64,000 nt of DNA from the human T2T-CHM13v2.0 reference genome, Homo sapiens. A program made the position numbers and the translations under genes. Shown in pieces: positions 14,860 to 30,615 of the stretch. The notes under the pieces are model-generated. The model made no database searches. It was not told the DNA's origin and saw only the letters and a program-made list of their open reading frames with translations. Position 1 is the stretch's first letter. Each line of letters opens with the position of its first letter. The stretch lies in the NCBI RefSeq assembly GCF_009914755.1, contig NC_060933.1. One strand, given 5' to 3'.

Positions 14860-15300
14860 ATATCCACTGTATTATTCCAACTATGTGACTCTTCTGAAAA
14901 AAGTAAAACTATGAAGACAGAGTAAACATCAATGGTTGCCACGAGTTACTAGGGAGAAAGGGAAAGATGAACAGGCATAGCACAGAGAATTTTTAGGGCT
15001 GTGAAACTGTTCTGTCGATAATATTACAGTAATAGATACATGTCATGTCATTATACACTTGTCCAAATTCACAGAATGTACAGCATCAAGAGTGAAGCCT
15101 GATGTAAACTATGAACTTTGAATGATTATAATGTGTCAATGTAAGTTCATCAGTTGTAACAAATGTACCACTCTCTGGTGGAAAATAGTAATAATGGGGG
15201 AGGCTATGCATGTGTGGGAGGCATGGGATATATGAGAAATCTCTGTATCTTCCTCTCAATTTTGCTGTGAACCTAAAACTGCTCTAAGAAATAAGGTTAT
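14860..15300 (+). mobile_element. L1MC 3' end
   Basis: ggttgcca.gagtt, gtgtcaatgtaagttcatcagttgtaacaaatgtacc, aattttgctgtgaacctaaaactgctctaa. Confidence 0.8.
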
Positions 15301-15320
15301 TGATTTAAAAAATGATATTC

Positions 15321-15612
15321 AGCTGGGCTCAGTGGCTCATGCCTGTCATCTCAGCACTTTGGGAGGCAAAGATGGGTGGATCACCTGAGGTCAGGAGTTC
15401 AAGACCGGCCTGGCCAACATGGCAAAACCTCGTCTCTAATAAAAATACAAAAATTAGCTGGGCATGGTGGCTGGCACCTGTAATTTCAGCTACTCAGGAG
15501 GCTGAGGCAGGAGAATCGCTTGAGCCTAGAAGGCGGAGGTTGCAGTTAACTGAGATCGCACCACTGCACTGCAGCCTGGGAGACAGAGTGAGACTCCATC
15601 TCAAAAAACAAA
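15321..15612 (+). mobile_element. AluS
   Basis: Dimeric Alu. Confidence 0.9.
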
Positions 15613-15656
15613 AAGATATTCACTGTCTATGCATCCCAGGATCTCCAGAACAATTA

Positions 15657-15995
<339 letters not shown>

Positions 15996-16552
15996 AAGAT
16001 ATTCACTGAACCTGTTACTATGATATATTTAAGCAAGACACGGTGACCCTAAAAATTAGAGATCATTGAAGACCAAAGTAACAACATGTGGTCATTACTT
16101 CTCAAATTGAACTATATAAAATATATAAAATAAATAAATTTAATTGCATGCTTAGGTAAGAAAATATTGATAAAAATAATTGAATATTTTATCTTATTTC
16201 ATAATTCTAAACAGGGATTTAGCACAATATGAAAACTAGACTATTCATGTAATCAAAATAAAAGACAATTTTTATTCTAACGTTAACTCAGAAATTATTT
16301 TGTTTATTTAATTTAACAATTTTACTGAAAGGTTAATGAGATAAATAGGACAGATTATAATTACCTAACATTGCTATGGTAACTTATATACAAATAGCTG
16401 TTCATCACCAAAAGTCAAAAAAGTAACAAGCACTGCAACTTAAGATGGATCATACAACAGAAATTAGTACCAAGTTACCTTATCTTATAATATTATGTTA
16501 TTAAAATGAAATTTTAAAACAACACCAAAAATTAAGTTGGGGTTACAAGTGT

Positions 16553-17092
16553 TGTGCAGAAAAGATTTCATATAGCAGGCAAGAGGCTGCCATCCTTAGA
16601 AAGGCCCGCATGCAAGGCTGGCCCTTGGCTGGTGTTTAGGAAATTGGAAATGGGAGGGTTTCCACCATTCCCTGAGAAGAGTGGCTCACTGTGTCTAAAG
16701 TGCTTATAGAAACAGTGTATTTACTCTAAACAGCTGCTTTCCTTGTAAGAGTCTGGAATTTGGGTACATGTGAGGGAGAGTAACCTCCATAGAAAAACTT
16801 GGGCACTTAGTCTCTAATGAAACTCTGGTACTGGTAGACATCACTGCACATATGTTGTCAAAATGTGAGCCTGGGAGAATTAAGCAGATCCCGGGAACTC
16901 CACAGGACAGAACTCCTGGAGGCTTGTGCCTTGTTTCCTCCAGAATTGACCACATGCACCTTTTTCCTCTACTAATTTTGCTTGTCCCCTTCCTTGTTAT
17001 CAATTAAAGATCTGAGTATGACTATTTGTTGAGTCCTGTGAGTCCTTCTAATGAACCACCAAACCTGGGGTGGTCTTGGGAAACCTTGACAC
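16553..17092 (+). mobile_element. Solo LTR, MER68-like (ERVL)
   Basis: Starts tgtgcagaaaaga..tagcaggc..ccttagaaaggcc; ends ggtcttgggaaaccttgacaca. Confidence 0.7.
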
Positions 17093-17446
17093 AAATTCAT
17101 TGTGTAAGATTTGTATTAAGTTGATATGATACGTGTAACTGTAATCAGATGGTTATTTCACAGAATAACTTTACCTAATCTGTTTTTCTTTTCTTTTTTT
17201 GCCTTGATATTTGACTTGGAGATTCTTGTATTTCTATATCTATCCAATTGAATAAAGCCATAGAAGGAATAAATGAAAAAATAATGTCAGAAAATAATGT
17301 GAAATGAGCAGCAATCCTCTTTTATCTGAATAAACAATAGAGAATCTGGGTGATTGACAATATGAATGTTTCTAGAAAAAAAATGAAAAAGTGGTCAATT
17401 TTCTGCAACTCAACTGGGCTTCATTCCTTTTTATAATAATTTTGAA

Positions 17447-17945
17447 GGCCAGGTGCAGTGGCTCACACTTGTAAATCTGAGCATTTTGGGAGGTTGAGGC
17501 AGGAGGATCACTTGAGCCCAGAAGTTCCAGACCGGCCTCGGCAATATAGTGAGACCTCATCTATTAAACAAACAAACAAACAAAAATCCCTTAAAAAGAA
17601 AATTAGCCAAGTGTGGTAGTGCATGCCTGTAGTCCAAGCTACTTGGGAGGCTAAGGTGAAAGGATCATTTAAGGCCAGCAAGCAGAAGTTGCAGTGAGCC
17701 AAGATGGCACCACTGCACACCAGTACTGACAACAGAGGGAGACCCTGTATTAAAAATAAATAAACAAATAAATAATTGTGTATCAGGCCAGATGTAACCA
17801 CACAAAACTGTAGTCCCAGCTACTCAGGAGGATGAAGTAGGAGGACTGCTTGAGCCCAGGAGTTCAAGGCTACAGTGAGCTATGATTGCACCAATGAATA
17901 GACACTGTATTCTAGCCTAGGCAACATAGAGAGACCCCATCTCCT
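17447..17945 (+). mobile_element. AluJ followed by a free Alu monomer
   Basis: Alu 17447-17765; monomer 17787-17945. Confidence 0.82.
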
Positions 17946-18552
17946 ATGATAATAATAATTGATTAATTGTGCATCATTCAAGTAAATTGTATAACTGGAG
18001 AAAAACATATGACTATTGAATATACTATTATAGTCTACTACTGACCATAGAGTTCCTGTTTACTTGCTTCTAATCTTTTTCTTCATTTCTCATAAAACTG
18101 AAAACATGATTTAAACCCATTAAAGGCAGTTCATCACAAAACAAGTCAAAAAGTCAAAAGAATTGCATCCAAACAGTAGGATGCGTTATCCACCGCTCTC
18201 TGTGAACAGTTGGATTTGGTCATTAAGAATCAGCAGGACTTTTAACTTTGTGTCTGTGTGCACAGGTGTGTGCACATGTGCACGTATGTGTATGTATGTA
18301 AACTATGACAGATAAAATCATTTTGCTTGTGTACGAATATGTAATATAACTTGTGCTTCTCACAAAGGAATTGCTTTTCCGTCTCCTGTGCTCAGTAGCT
18401 GTCTTCAAAAAATAATCTCCTATTTGTATGGGTGCACACTGGTTCAGTTCTACAGTTCTTATTGCCATTTATTTATGGTACCAGAAAGGGATTGCTGAGT
18501 TCCTGGTTCTAAAGATAGTTACTTTCTTAGTGACACAAATCAATATGTAATA

Positions 18553-18976
18553 CAGTTCACCCTTGAACAGCAAGGGTTTCAACTGCAGGGATTCACTTAT
18601 ATGCAGATTTTCTTCTGCCTCTGCAACAGAGAGACAGCAAGATCCACCTCTCCTCTTCCTCCTCAGCCTAATCAACCTGAAGATCATGAAGACCTTTGTC
18701 AGGACTACTTATGCTTTATGAAAAGTCAATATGTTTCTCCTGATGATTTCCTTTCTAACAGCTTCATTTCTCTAGCTTATTTTATTGTACGAACACAGTA
18801 TATAATAATGCAGCACAAACAAAATAGGTGTTCATCAACTGTTTATGTTATCAGGAAGGCTTCCAGTCAATTGTGGGCTATTAGTAGCTAAGGTGAAGGA
18901 ATCAAAAGTTATACTCAGATTTTCAACTGCACAGGGATCAGAGTCCCTCACCCCCACATTATTCATGGGTCAACTG
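18553..18976 (+). mobile_element. Tigger2a-like DNA transposon
   Basis: Terminal inverted repeats cagttcacccttgaa / ttcatgggtcaactg flanked by TA on both sides. Confidence 0.8.
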
Positions 18977-19420
18977 TAGTTATTTGTTTACTAAATATAA
19001 ACAATTTATTATAAAAATGAAATCGAAGATCCATTTGTATAACAAGTCCAATTTGTTATAATGTGACTATAGAGGAAACATACAACATACTAACTTAAAA
19101 ATCTTTTTTCTTATTTATGCAAAAATATATAGGATTTTAGGGATCATAATTAAATAAATGAATGTTTTCAGACAATAATGTTTGAGATTATAAATTAGCT
19201 ACAACTACCTTCTTAAATAAATCTGAATTTCAAACTAAAGAAGTTAAATTTTAAAAATTAATTTACATATGTATATACATATATACACATTCAATTTACA
19301 CATATTTTTAAACTGGTCTTTTTTGACTGAAACTACCTTAATCTTACATCTTACTTTGTATTTTCTTATCAAGAGTAGGACCACCAAGAGAAGTAAGAAA
19401 TTCACAATCAGAAGTCTTAC

Positions 19421-19476
19421 CTGATTTCTCCTTTTTAAGTATCTTCTTTTTATGTTCCAAAATTTGTTGTTGAATT
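19421..19476 (-). CDS. ANKRD20A: ANKRD20A exon 6 (IQQQILEHKKKILKKEKS)
   Basis: 56 nt; catag|A ... G|gtaaga; peptide visible in ORF 19344..19571; phases 2/1. Confidence 0.92.
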
Positions 19477-19689
19477 CTATGTATACAAAAGTAATAAATA
19501 AAATTGCTATTTTTATAATGAAATAAAAAATATTCACCAAACATATTAAATTCCAAAACACTTTCAAGCAATATCAGACCTAATATCAGAATTTTAATGT
19601 CCCATACACTTCAAATTTGTAAACCTTACAAGCTTATTAAGCTTATAATTAAAGAAGAAAAGAAAGTGAAGTACTCATAAATGGAGGAA

Positions 19690-19930
19690 GCACAGCTCAG
19701 TAAATGAACTCTAGTTAGCTGGATATCATGCAAAGTGTCCTGCACTCAGAGTAAGTCCTTGCTCTGTAACCAAAATACCTCGCTCTGTAGGTATTTTGTC
19801 TTCAGACAAGTTGCTTCTCTTAGGCTCCATGGTTTCTTCTAAAAAATAAGGATTCTGCTACCTTACTTCACTAGGTTGTTTGGAAGATGTAATGAGATTA
19901 CATGTTTAAATGTTCAGAGAAATAGTAAAG
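19690..19930. mobile_element. MIR (other MIR remnants near 11860-11970, 12600-12810, 27880-28100, 48920-49070)
   Basis: MIR core-like: agacaagttgcttctcttaggctccatggtttcttc..aaaataagga..ctaccttacttcactaggttgtt. Confidence 0.5.
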
Positions 19931-20580
19931 CAATGGAATAATTTATTCTTGAACTTTATTGCTGAAACCATTTTAGAATCCCAAATAATGCTTGGTGTGT
20001 GTTTTTCTGTAAGTTCTAATACTCAAATGTTGCAGTTTTCAGAAAATGTTATTAAGTGCTAATTTTGGTTATTACTTGTATTCATTGTGGCTTGTAATTC
20101 AGGGCATTTTACCTAATTCATAACTTATTACTAAATTTCTATACATATAAATTTAGTGAGCTCATCACTGAGCTCATCAATCACACCAAGGGCAGAAAAC
20201 TAATAGGTGTCAAAACCTGGCTTGGACAACTACCACTCCTTCTCTACCTCCTCAAACTCTGAGCCAGCAGATCTGTGCTTGGCTGCTGGATCTCCATGGT
20301 CCTCTCCAACTAACAGACAAGACAAAACCCTGCTTTGATTGTTTTTCAGTTCCATGAAGGAAATACAAGTTGACATTTTCTCATTTCCAAGACATGTACT
20401 AACAACATGTAACATCCCCTTATTACTCAGCTCTGTTCCCATTTCAGAGATCACCATACATCAATAGTTTCATAGCGATAATCACAATTTCAATATTGCA
20501 TGTCACCTGTTTTGGTTTTGCTCACACTGCTTCCTTGGAGCTACTCAACAAATAGTCAAATGGCCTTCCTGGGACTAGGC

Positions 20581-20686
20581 AAAATATGGAATGTTTTCTG
20601 AATTTGTGTGCCATCCCTAGGCAGTAGCCATGCTTATCTGCTCTGTATTGATCCAATTTTAAAATATGTGCTGTTGAAATAAGTAC
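20581..20686 (-). pseudogene. RNU6: Full-length U6 snRNA retrocopy in ANKRD20A intron 5
   Basis: Ungapped 106-nt match to recalled U6 with 24 mismatches by hand count (~77%); keeps ACAGAG box and terminal TTCCATATTTT. Confidence 0.92.
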
Positions 20687-21634
20687 AAAGCCCTGTTTGA
20701 TACATGGATACTCATGAGTCATGGATGAGGCTTAGCTCTATTAAATCCAACTCACTTACTTCAGATTCAGAGAATTTTATTGAATGGCTTCCTGTGAGGT
20801 AGAATTTTAAAATATATTGAAAACTTGAGGAAGAGCTGCAAGTAGCCCAGGAGATTTTCATGATTATAGAGACACATTACTTGAGGGGCCAACTGCAAGC
20901 TGGTTCCCACTACTCCGTGGAAAGATAACATGGAACATTCCGCTATCTAACCAAAGCTGCTGCACAGGATATAAAAAAGCCTCAAGGTACAGATCTGATA
21001 GCAAAAGAGACAGGGAACTCTGATCTCTTCCTGCAACATTATTTGAACATCCCTGACTATTGAGAACAATCCCAACTAATATTGGTTAAAGGAAAGACAA
21101 ACATGGCTCTCAAAGGATAACATACCATGAAGGCCTAGGCAAAGTCTAGCTAAGACGTGGGCTCCAAATAAGGTTTTTAGTGTAGGGTGAGCATCAACTT
21201 GCTCAATATTTGTGTGGATAAAGCTAGGAGGCCTAGCTGCCAGAGCAGGGTGCTGGGAACAATGACTGAGCACAAGTACATAAACTAATAAACACCGTAG
21301 CTTTGACCTCTATATATGAATCACCATGAAAACTGAGGGGTCTGAATCAGTGAAGGCATCCTGGTGGCAAAGGTCAATCATTATCAGATTGCAGGACCGG
21401 TTATAATGGCAATAATACAGCAAGTGAGTCCATGGAAACAACAGAATGATTAGAATGGACTTTTTTCCCCTTCTTCTGACTTGTAAAGAAAGATTGCCTT
21501 CCTTGGACTTAGGAAACCCCTTAGCTTCTTGGAAAATTCAAAGAAGGAAGACACAGGAGAGAGCCCCAGCGGAAAATACAAGACTTTCTGTTAAACTGGA
21601 CATTACAAGACTCAATAACTAATTAGAAAAGTCA

Positions 21635-21760
21635 GGCCAGGCATGGTGGCTAGCACTTTCAGAGGCCGAGGCAGGGGGATTACTTGACCTCAAAAGTTCA
21701 AGACCAGCCAGGGCAACAGAGTGAGACCTTGTCTCTACAAAAAAAAAAAAAAAAAAAAAG
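21635..21760 (+). mobile_element. FLAM / Alu left monomer with poly(A)
   Basis: ggccaggcatggtggc...gagaccttgtctctac(A)n. Confidence 0.8.
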
Positions 21761-22070
21761 GAAAGGAAAGGAAAAGAAATCAAAGACATGGCTCTTTTTA
21801 TCCCATGCATGGGGATTATACTTAGAATAAAATGAATAACATTGAGATCCCTAGGGATAAAGGTCTCAAAAATCCAGAAAAAATCTCGCACTCTACTTCT
21901 AACTAATCTAGACTTCTGCTTGATTTCTGGCTAAAAGGTAGACTAACTCTTCGCTATTTCAAACTATCTGAACCAAACTATGAACTCTCACCTAATGTAT
22001 AAGATGGAGTAGTTGCAATTATTTTAAACTTCAATTTAGCATTAACTGGCCTTTTAACATAAACACTTAC

Positions 22071-22208
22071 TTTGTCAAATGATGAGAAATAGCATAATCT
22101 TCTGCATCTCGTCCACACATGTCTTGAGCGAAGACATCAATATTTTGCTTAAGAAGGATATTGACAATACCTGGTGAGTCATAGTATACAGCAAGCATGA
22201 GAGCTGAC
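22071..22208 (-). CDS. ANKRD20A: ANKRD20A exon 5 (SALMLAVYYDSPGIVNILLKQNIDVFAQDMCGRDAEDYAISHHLT-K)
   Basis: 138 nt; ttttag|G ... AA|gtaagt; phases 2/2. Confidence 0.93.
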
Positions 22209-22681
22209 CTAAAATAACAAAGAAATAACTCCACTCAAGAACTTTAATAAAGACTTTTTAAAAAAGCTAGTTTGATACACTTTACCAGTTTAATATCCGC
22301 CTGTCAGTATAGATGTAATAACCATTTGCATGTACTAGCTTGGGTCTATAAGCATCTAGGGTGCTCAAGTGTTCATCTTTGTAAATTGTCACCAAGGCTA
22401 AAAGAAAGGGACAACAGGGAAGCCTCTTGTCCCACTGGGGTAAGACATAATACAAGTTGCTATCTTATAGTCCTTTGATGGCCAAGAAACTGTGCTGAGG
22501 TCACTTATCTAAAGTAGGCAAAGATTTAGATGAAGATTTCCCCATTGCTTTCCTAGTCAAATCAGCTAGGGGTCAGATAAGAGTTATCTGCAGGCTGAAA
22601 ACAACAACAACAACAACAATAATAATGACAATGCTAGTAGTCATAAACTAAAAGTCCACACTTTAAAAATGAATAAAACTT

Positions 22682-22971
<290 letters not shown>

Positions 22972-23253
22972 TTAATAAAACTAATACAAAACCCTTTAGC
23001 TAATAAAAGATTACAGTACCAAAAACATCTGATTATAAATACCAAACACTGTATATTATAAGAGAAGATGAATCCTACTATATACTATTCTTTATGTTAC
23101 TCAGTCCAAATATTTGCTGGTCTACCTGATTATTCATGGTGATATTTTTCATTATATGCCAATAATTATGTTAATCTTCTTATTAATATTTCTGACTTGA
23201 GTGACCACTCTAGAATACTCAGGTTTTATTTTTAAAAAAAAGAACTACTGTAC

Positions 23254-23360
23254 CGTCTCAGCCTATCAACGGCATGTGTACTTGCTTTCTTTTTCAATAA
23301 AAATTCCACCATTTTCTCTTTCTTGCAAATTATAGCAAATAAAAGTGGGGTATTATTGTC
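23254..23360 (-). CDS. ANKRD20A: ANKRD20A exon 4 (DNNTPLLFAIICKKEKMVEFLLKKKASTHAVDRLR-R)
   Basis: 107 nt; ttttatag|GAC ... CG|gtacag; phases 0/2. Confidence 0.93.
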
Positions 23361-26300
23361 CTATAAAACAGCAGAAAAAAATTAATAATTCACAAAATTA
23401 CATATTTCTCAACTGAACTGAAAATCTTCTCTAGGATGCTTTGAAGTTCAACATACAATATAGAAAGGAAGTAAATGAAAAGCAGTCCCTTCATTCTCAC
23501 TCCTCTGTGCTTTCTGATGTGCTGCGCTTTGCCTTGCAAACAACCCTCCTCTGTCTCCCCGGATTAACTGTGGTCATTGCCAAAACTCACTTTAAACATT
23601 TACTAGTCCCAAGAATCCTCGCTTTGATCACAGCACTTAGCATGGTACATTGTAGTCATTTCACTGTTTCCCACTGAAACCAAGAGCTTCTTGAGGCAAG
23701 GGCCTAAAACCCTAAGACACAGTAGCAAATATTTTAAGTTTTTTACATTAATTAATGATCTAAATTACTATCTCTAAAGCAGTGTTTCTTAAACTACATT
23801 CCAAAGAATATTTGCTTTATCAGAAGTATTATACCGCAAGAGAAAGACTCCATGACCATCTGTATTTGAGAAGTATTACAAAACTGTATTTTATGTCCAA
23901 TAATCAAGAAATCTCTTTAATTTCACCTAATCCCCCTTTCACAATACTATTTGTGGCAAATATTAACATTTGAGGAATTAAGAGTTTCAGAGATACAGTT
24001 GCCAGAGCTTCCCAATACAGGTGGCAGTTTCCTCTGGGTGGTACAAACTTGCTTGATTCACTTCTATCAATGGTGTGGTGTCAGGATCCCAGATGCCAAT
24101 GTCAGGCACTCCTGCTCCAAATGGGTCACCATGGAAATGAGTTTTGAATTAAGAGAGATTGGCTTCAAATGCATTTATTTTCCTTATTATTAAATAGTCC
24201 ATGGGTTTTTCCCCTAATACAAGAGAAGAGATTTTTATCTTTACTGTTAGAAAGCTCAGTATATTCTGTGTAAGAGAGATAGGTTTAAAAAACTTAAGAA
24301 CAAATATTTTAAAAACCAAAACTCAGTAAGAAATACTATTCTCAATTATAATGGTAATCCCGGGACCCTAGTGCAGCTCTACTTTTTAAATCCATTTTTA
24401 CTGGCTTCCACTTAAATGGCTACTTAAAATTATTTTTTATTTTAGACAAAATATAAATCGGAAATAAAAACATAATGGCTTATCAATAAAAGTTCTCATA
24501 CTGATCCATATGGATTATTTCTGGCATAATACAAGCCAATAAGTCACTTGCATCCTTAAGGAAGAGCACTGAGGAGAAAGATGTACTGTCTGCAATATTC
24601 ATAAATTATCCAACTATAACCAGGAATAACCTAAAAAGGCTTCTAGGCATTCTTATGGGCAGAGAATTATTTGTGGTATATATAAAGAAAAGAGTTAAAA
24701 ACTTCTAAACTCTAAAATTCAACTCCATAACTGAGGGATTTATATACTCTATAGACTATATATTATAAACAAATACATGCTGACTTAAAAACCTTGAAAT
24801 TTTTATCAAAATATACTATAACATAGGAGTTGTAAACTCAGATACTTACAAGGACAAAGGAAGGTTGCCTGAGTAAGGGAAGTACTAAGGTGGGCACAGT
24901 AGCAAACTGGAGAATACCTGCCTTCTATAAAGGGGCAACTTCTGCACAGCAGACCAAAGAATGATAGAAACTCAGGGGACACCAGATTTGATTTTTTAGG
25001 ATACGCATGAAGTCCACATTTCTTCACGAGTCTTCTAAATTTTACATGTTGATTCAACTTATAGAGGCAAACAAACAAATCTGTGTACCACATTAGAATA
25101 TAGCCCTTGTTTTTTTTATATTCGCTATTAATGTGTTACTAAATGGTTGTGTATAATCCAAGTATTTGCATGTAAAATATTTTCTTTCTCTGGTATCATA
25201 TGTTCTACCAAAAAATCAGGCTCTCATATATAATAAAAATTGCTAAAAAGACTCACAATACCTGCTTCAAGAATTTTTCTAACATGTATTCATTTAAAAT
25301 ATGTTTGTATATAATTTTCCCAGATTGTTAACCAAATAGATAATTGGTTCACAAGACTGCTAAAACTAAATTATTAAAAGAATTCCTATCTATATTCTTA
25401 TTAACTTCATGGATTTCAGTGTTTAAAACTGACATTTTGGGTATGCTAAAGTTCTATAAACTTAACAAACATACTGAGATAGTTCATAATAAAACTTCAA
25501 CTAAAAAAAATAGTTTAGGATTTGCTACTATCTTAATTGAGAAAGCCAAACTTGTAATGAACATTTGTTGACACATAATCACCTGCGTGGTGACAAAGGG
25601 ACATGAAATCATGAAAGGGTCAGCCTCTACCTGTTGAAAGATTACTCATAAGCAAATTTCTGAAGACTCTCTGAATGGTAGTGAATGATTCATGGTGGGA
25701 AGCAAAACATGTTATTCTGTAAGCTGAGAGATATTGCCAATGATATTTCCTTTCACTTCCCAGTCACAGATGTAGAGAAAGACAGATAAGTCAGGCTAAT
25801 ATAATTGAAAAGGAGAACTTTGAAGGAAGTGGCAACTATCAAATGCCAACTCTTCTAGAGATTTCTTACATTTTTGAGATACAGAAATTTATATATTGCA
25901 CTTATCTATTCTGGGGTTTTTAATCAAGAGTGTATCCCAACCTTGAAGGTTTTTTGTTTTTTTGTGGTTTTTTTTTTTTGGCTATTATTGTTGTTAGAGA
26001 CAAGAGTCTCACTATGTTGCTCAAGCTGGATTCAAACTCTTAGGCTCAAGCTGGGACTACAGGAATACACCACTGTGCCCAGCTTCAAGAAAACATTTTT
26101 AAACACGTTCAGGCCTTATTAGGTCTATTACATCAAAATCTTCAGGGGAAAGCCTACAATTGTAGATTTTTAACAAAATGTCCTCAGGTCACTGTAATGC
26201 ACAATTCTGAGAATCAGTGCAGCAGACAATCACTTCAGTCTCACCTCTCACCCACATGGCTAATTCCTTTATCAGTTGGAGATGTGGCCAAAAAGAGAAA

Positions 26301-27245
26301 AGAGTAAGAGATAGTGTCATTTATTAAAACTCCAGTTAAGTTTCCTGGCTATGGGTAGAACAGGGACAAGTAAACTCAAAATCCCACTTGATTTTGCTAT
26401 TTACAAGCTCCTTATCTCCCACCTTCCCACTAAGACATTCTAGATTTGAGAGGAGGCTTTAGGTTCTTATCTAAGTGGCTGTTTCTGCCAGGATGAGCAA
26501 TAAGTCAGTTAATAATTTGTTCCACCTTCTGCTGAAGTGTTTCTCACTTCGTCACCACATATTCACTGCCAATCTGGTTTCCTCAGAGTCCTCCTAAAAT
26601 TCATCTCTAGGCAAGTTGCAACTCATTCTTTTTCAAACCAAAAATTATTAGACCCAAAGCTAAACAGCACCTTGTCTCAACACATAAAACAAACTTAAAA
26701 ACAAAAAAAAACCTCTTCCTGGCATTTTCCCTCATTATCTAATATCCAAGTGACCTGCATATTTCTGATTGCTCTCTTTCTCCCCTCCCATTTTTCCCTC
26801 TTAAGCCTTGCCACTGAAAGATGATACATCAGTTTTTCAGAAAATTAGCAGCAGCAGCAACATGTCCCTTTATTGTAAGTTGCTTTAGTTTTGTTTGAGT
26901 TTTAGGATAAAGCCTATTTCCGGGGAATATTTTCTTTCCTTTGTTGTTTTACACTAATTAAGAAAAAAAAAAAAAAAATAAGCCTGTGTAGAAAAAAAGT
27001 TGAAAAGGTTTTACTTTTAACAAATTCACAAATATTTTCCAAAGTGCATTTTATAAAGCTGTGCCCTTTAATGCTTCTTTAAAAGTATCAATATTTAAAA
27101 TAAAATCTTAGACAATTAAGTTATTTCAAAATAACTTAATTTGTATTTGCATTCAGGGAATGGTTGAGCTTCCAAATATAAAAAATTGACCCTTACCTAT
27201 GTCAATGTTAAAACAAATATTTTGGAAAGAAAGTTGATTGACCTA

Positions 27246-27431
<186 letters not shown>

Positions 27432-27578
27432 TTAGACCAAGAAACAGATTGTAAATTCCAAGAATTCAAAATACACATTCCACAGGTTTCACCAACTAGT
27501 TATATGTAAATGAGATCAATTTATTTTAATTCTATATATGTAAATCAAATCCATGTCATGCTAAAAGAGTTGGCTCTA

Positions 27579-27743
<165 letters not shown>

Positions 27744-28104
27744 TCAAAACATACAATCATTCATGTAATGTAAAAACTGAATAGCATGTTTTTCCTCTGC
27801 CTTCAAAACAAATAAATTTTTTGAAGAAAGTACAATACTTACTCTTATTGCTCACTGCCTTAATGAAAACAGCAGCCTATTTGAGTAGAAAGAGCTCAGT
27901 CTTTGGATTCGGTTCAACTAGGGCTTGAGTCCTACTTTAAGCCTTGACACTTACCAACTATTGCTTAGCCTTTCTGTACCTCAACTTCCTCATTAATAAA
28001 GATGACAATAGTAGCTATCTCATAGGACACCATCATGATGCTTAAATGAGAAGCTATGTAAAGTATGCAGAACAGTTCCTACGACAACTCAATAATTGTA
28101 AGAT

Positions 28105-28386
28105 TTTTGTTTTTTGAGACAAAGTCTCACTCTTTTGCCCAGGCTGGAGTGCAATGGTGTAACTATACCTGGAACTCCTGGGTCAAATGATCTCCATCCC
28201 CAGCCTCCTGAGTAGCTGGGACTACAGATGAGCACCAGCATGCCCAGCTATTTATTTAAAAATTTTTGTAGAGTAAGAATCTCACTTTGTTGCCCAGGCT
28301 GGTCTCAAACTCCTGGCATCAAGCAATCCTCTCACCTCAGCCTCCCAAAGTTCTGGGATTACAGGTGTGAGCCACTGCACCCAGCC
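28105..28386 (-). mobile_element. AluJ
   Basis: Diverged dimeric Alu. Confidence 0.82.
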
Positions 28387-30272
28387 AGATATTATAATTA
28401 TTACTATTACTACTACTTAACAAAACCATTTTAATTAGGTAGAATGATACAATTACACCTACTTTGCAAGATGACTTAACGAGTAGGTCACATTTTAACA
28501 CCTCTGACATTGGAATGCCACTTATAATTCATGATTTGTTATAACTATAATTGGTAGCATTTTAAAAATTATCTTATTGATATATAAAATATCGGGGCAT
28601 CACGCAATCCATGAGACCTTACATTAAGTAGAATATGGTATACTCAGCAGGTCTAGGGCAGTTCTAGGCATGTAACTGAAACTTAAATACATTTTAGTTC
28701 TTAAAGGTACTATGGGGAAAGAGCACTGAAATAACAATAATGCATTTTTTAAACAAATTAATTATTTGATTTTCAAACAACTTGAAGCCAAAGGAAACTC
28801 ATGATTCAAATGAATACATATGGCTCATTGTATTCAATATTTATACTTAGAAAATATATGCAAATAAGACTTTCCAATGATTAATATTAGTATTTAAGAC
28901 TGACAAACTTTCGAAAGAGCAGTTAAAGGTTATCTTCTACTATTTTCTAACTTCAGAAATGCTTTTGTTTGAAAGGTGGGAGATAAAGTTTCAAGGAGAT
29001 TAAGTCCCAATATTCCTATTTTAAATCTCTCAGCTTGTGCAGGCGGGGCAGGTAAACATGAAGTGTTTAAGGATGGACGGGTCCTGAGAGATGACAGAAT
29101 ATGTCTGCTACATAGCAGGTACTCAGGTTATGCTTGATCCATAAATGGAATGAAAGAATGGATAAATACAGTTGGGGAGTTCATTATTTTTAAATAAACT
29201 CCTATAAAGCAATATTTTTGCAATAGTAATTATTTATATGTGTTGTTTTATTTTTAAAGAATACAATTAAAATGAAATGATTATGTTTGCATAAATGGAA
29301 CGAGTATATAAGCAAAACATATGTACATAATAAAATATATAGATAATAAAATCTGGAAACAGATAAAAACATTCCCTTTTTACTTCTGAAGAGGCTAAAA
29401 GCTCAAAGAAGATAACAACACACACAATAATGATAAAAAATAGAAAGTGAGAAATTATTTTCATCAGCACAAGATTCATATTCCTCTCTTCCCAAGGATT
29501 AGTCCATTAATAATAAACTTTTACTAGAAGTTTTGTACTCACTGCAGCAATCACAGATAAGAAAAAGGAAAAAAACTTTACTTAAAATACAAATGCTCAG
29601 AAATTACAAATTTTATATTTTGTACATATTTTTGCTAAAACAAGACCATAGTATGTTTGTGTATGTATAATTTAACTAATTTTTTCTCCTTGCTAGCTAT
29701 AACAAAATACATCTTTGCACATCAACGTACTTCTGTATCTATTGCCACCTTCAGTGGTCACATATTATTCCATCCTATGGATGCAACTGAAATTTATTTA
29801 TAGGATCCATTCTATGGGTTCTCTTTAAAATAAGTACTGTGAAAAATAAAGTGCATGTATCTTTATTTCCTAAGGGTATTTTAGTATAATGGAATTGGTG
29901 GGTAAAGGGCATACACATTTTTTAAATGTAGTACTTACCATTTTCAAATGAGTACTTTGAAAAGTAATCAGCAACTTTAAGCAGCAGTATAAAACATCCT
30001 CACAAATATTGTGGATAGAAAACTGTTTCATTCCTCTTTTAGTTTAAATTCTTATACCAGAAATGCGAAGGATTTTTTCCTATGTATATAAGTAACTTGT
30101 AGATCTGGAAAAAGGTACTTTGCCCACTTTTAGAGTGTTTGATAATTTGATTTGAAAGAATTCCCTGTAAAATGAAGAGGTACTTTTCATCTAATGTGTA
30201 TATATAACTGATATATATAACATATTATATGTGTTATATATGTATACATATCAGTAATATATATATATCTTA

Positions 30273-30615
<343 letters not shown>

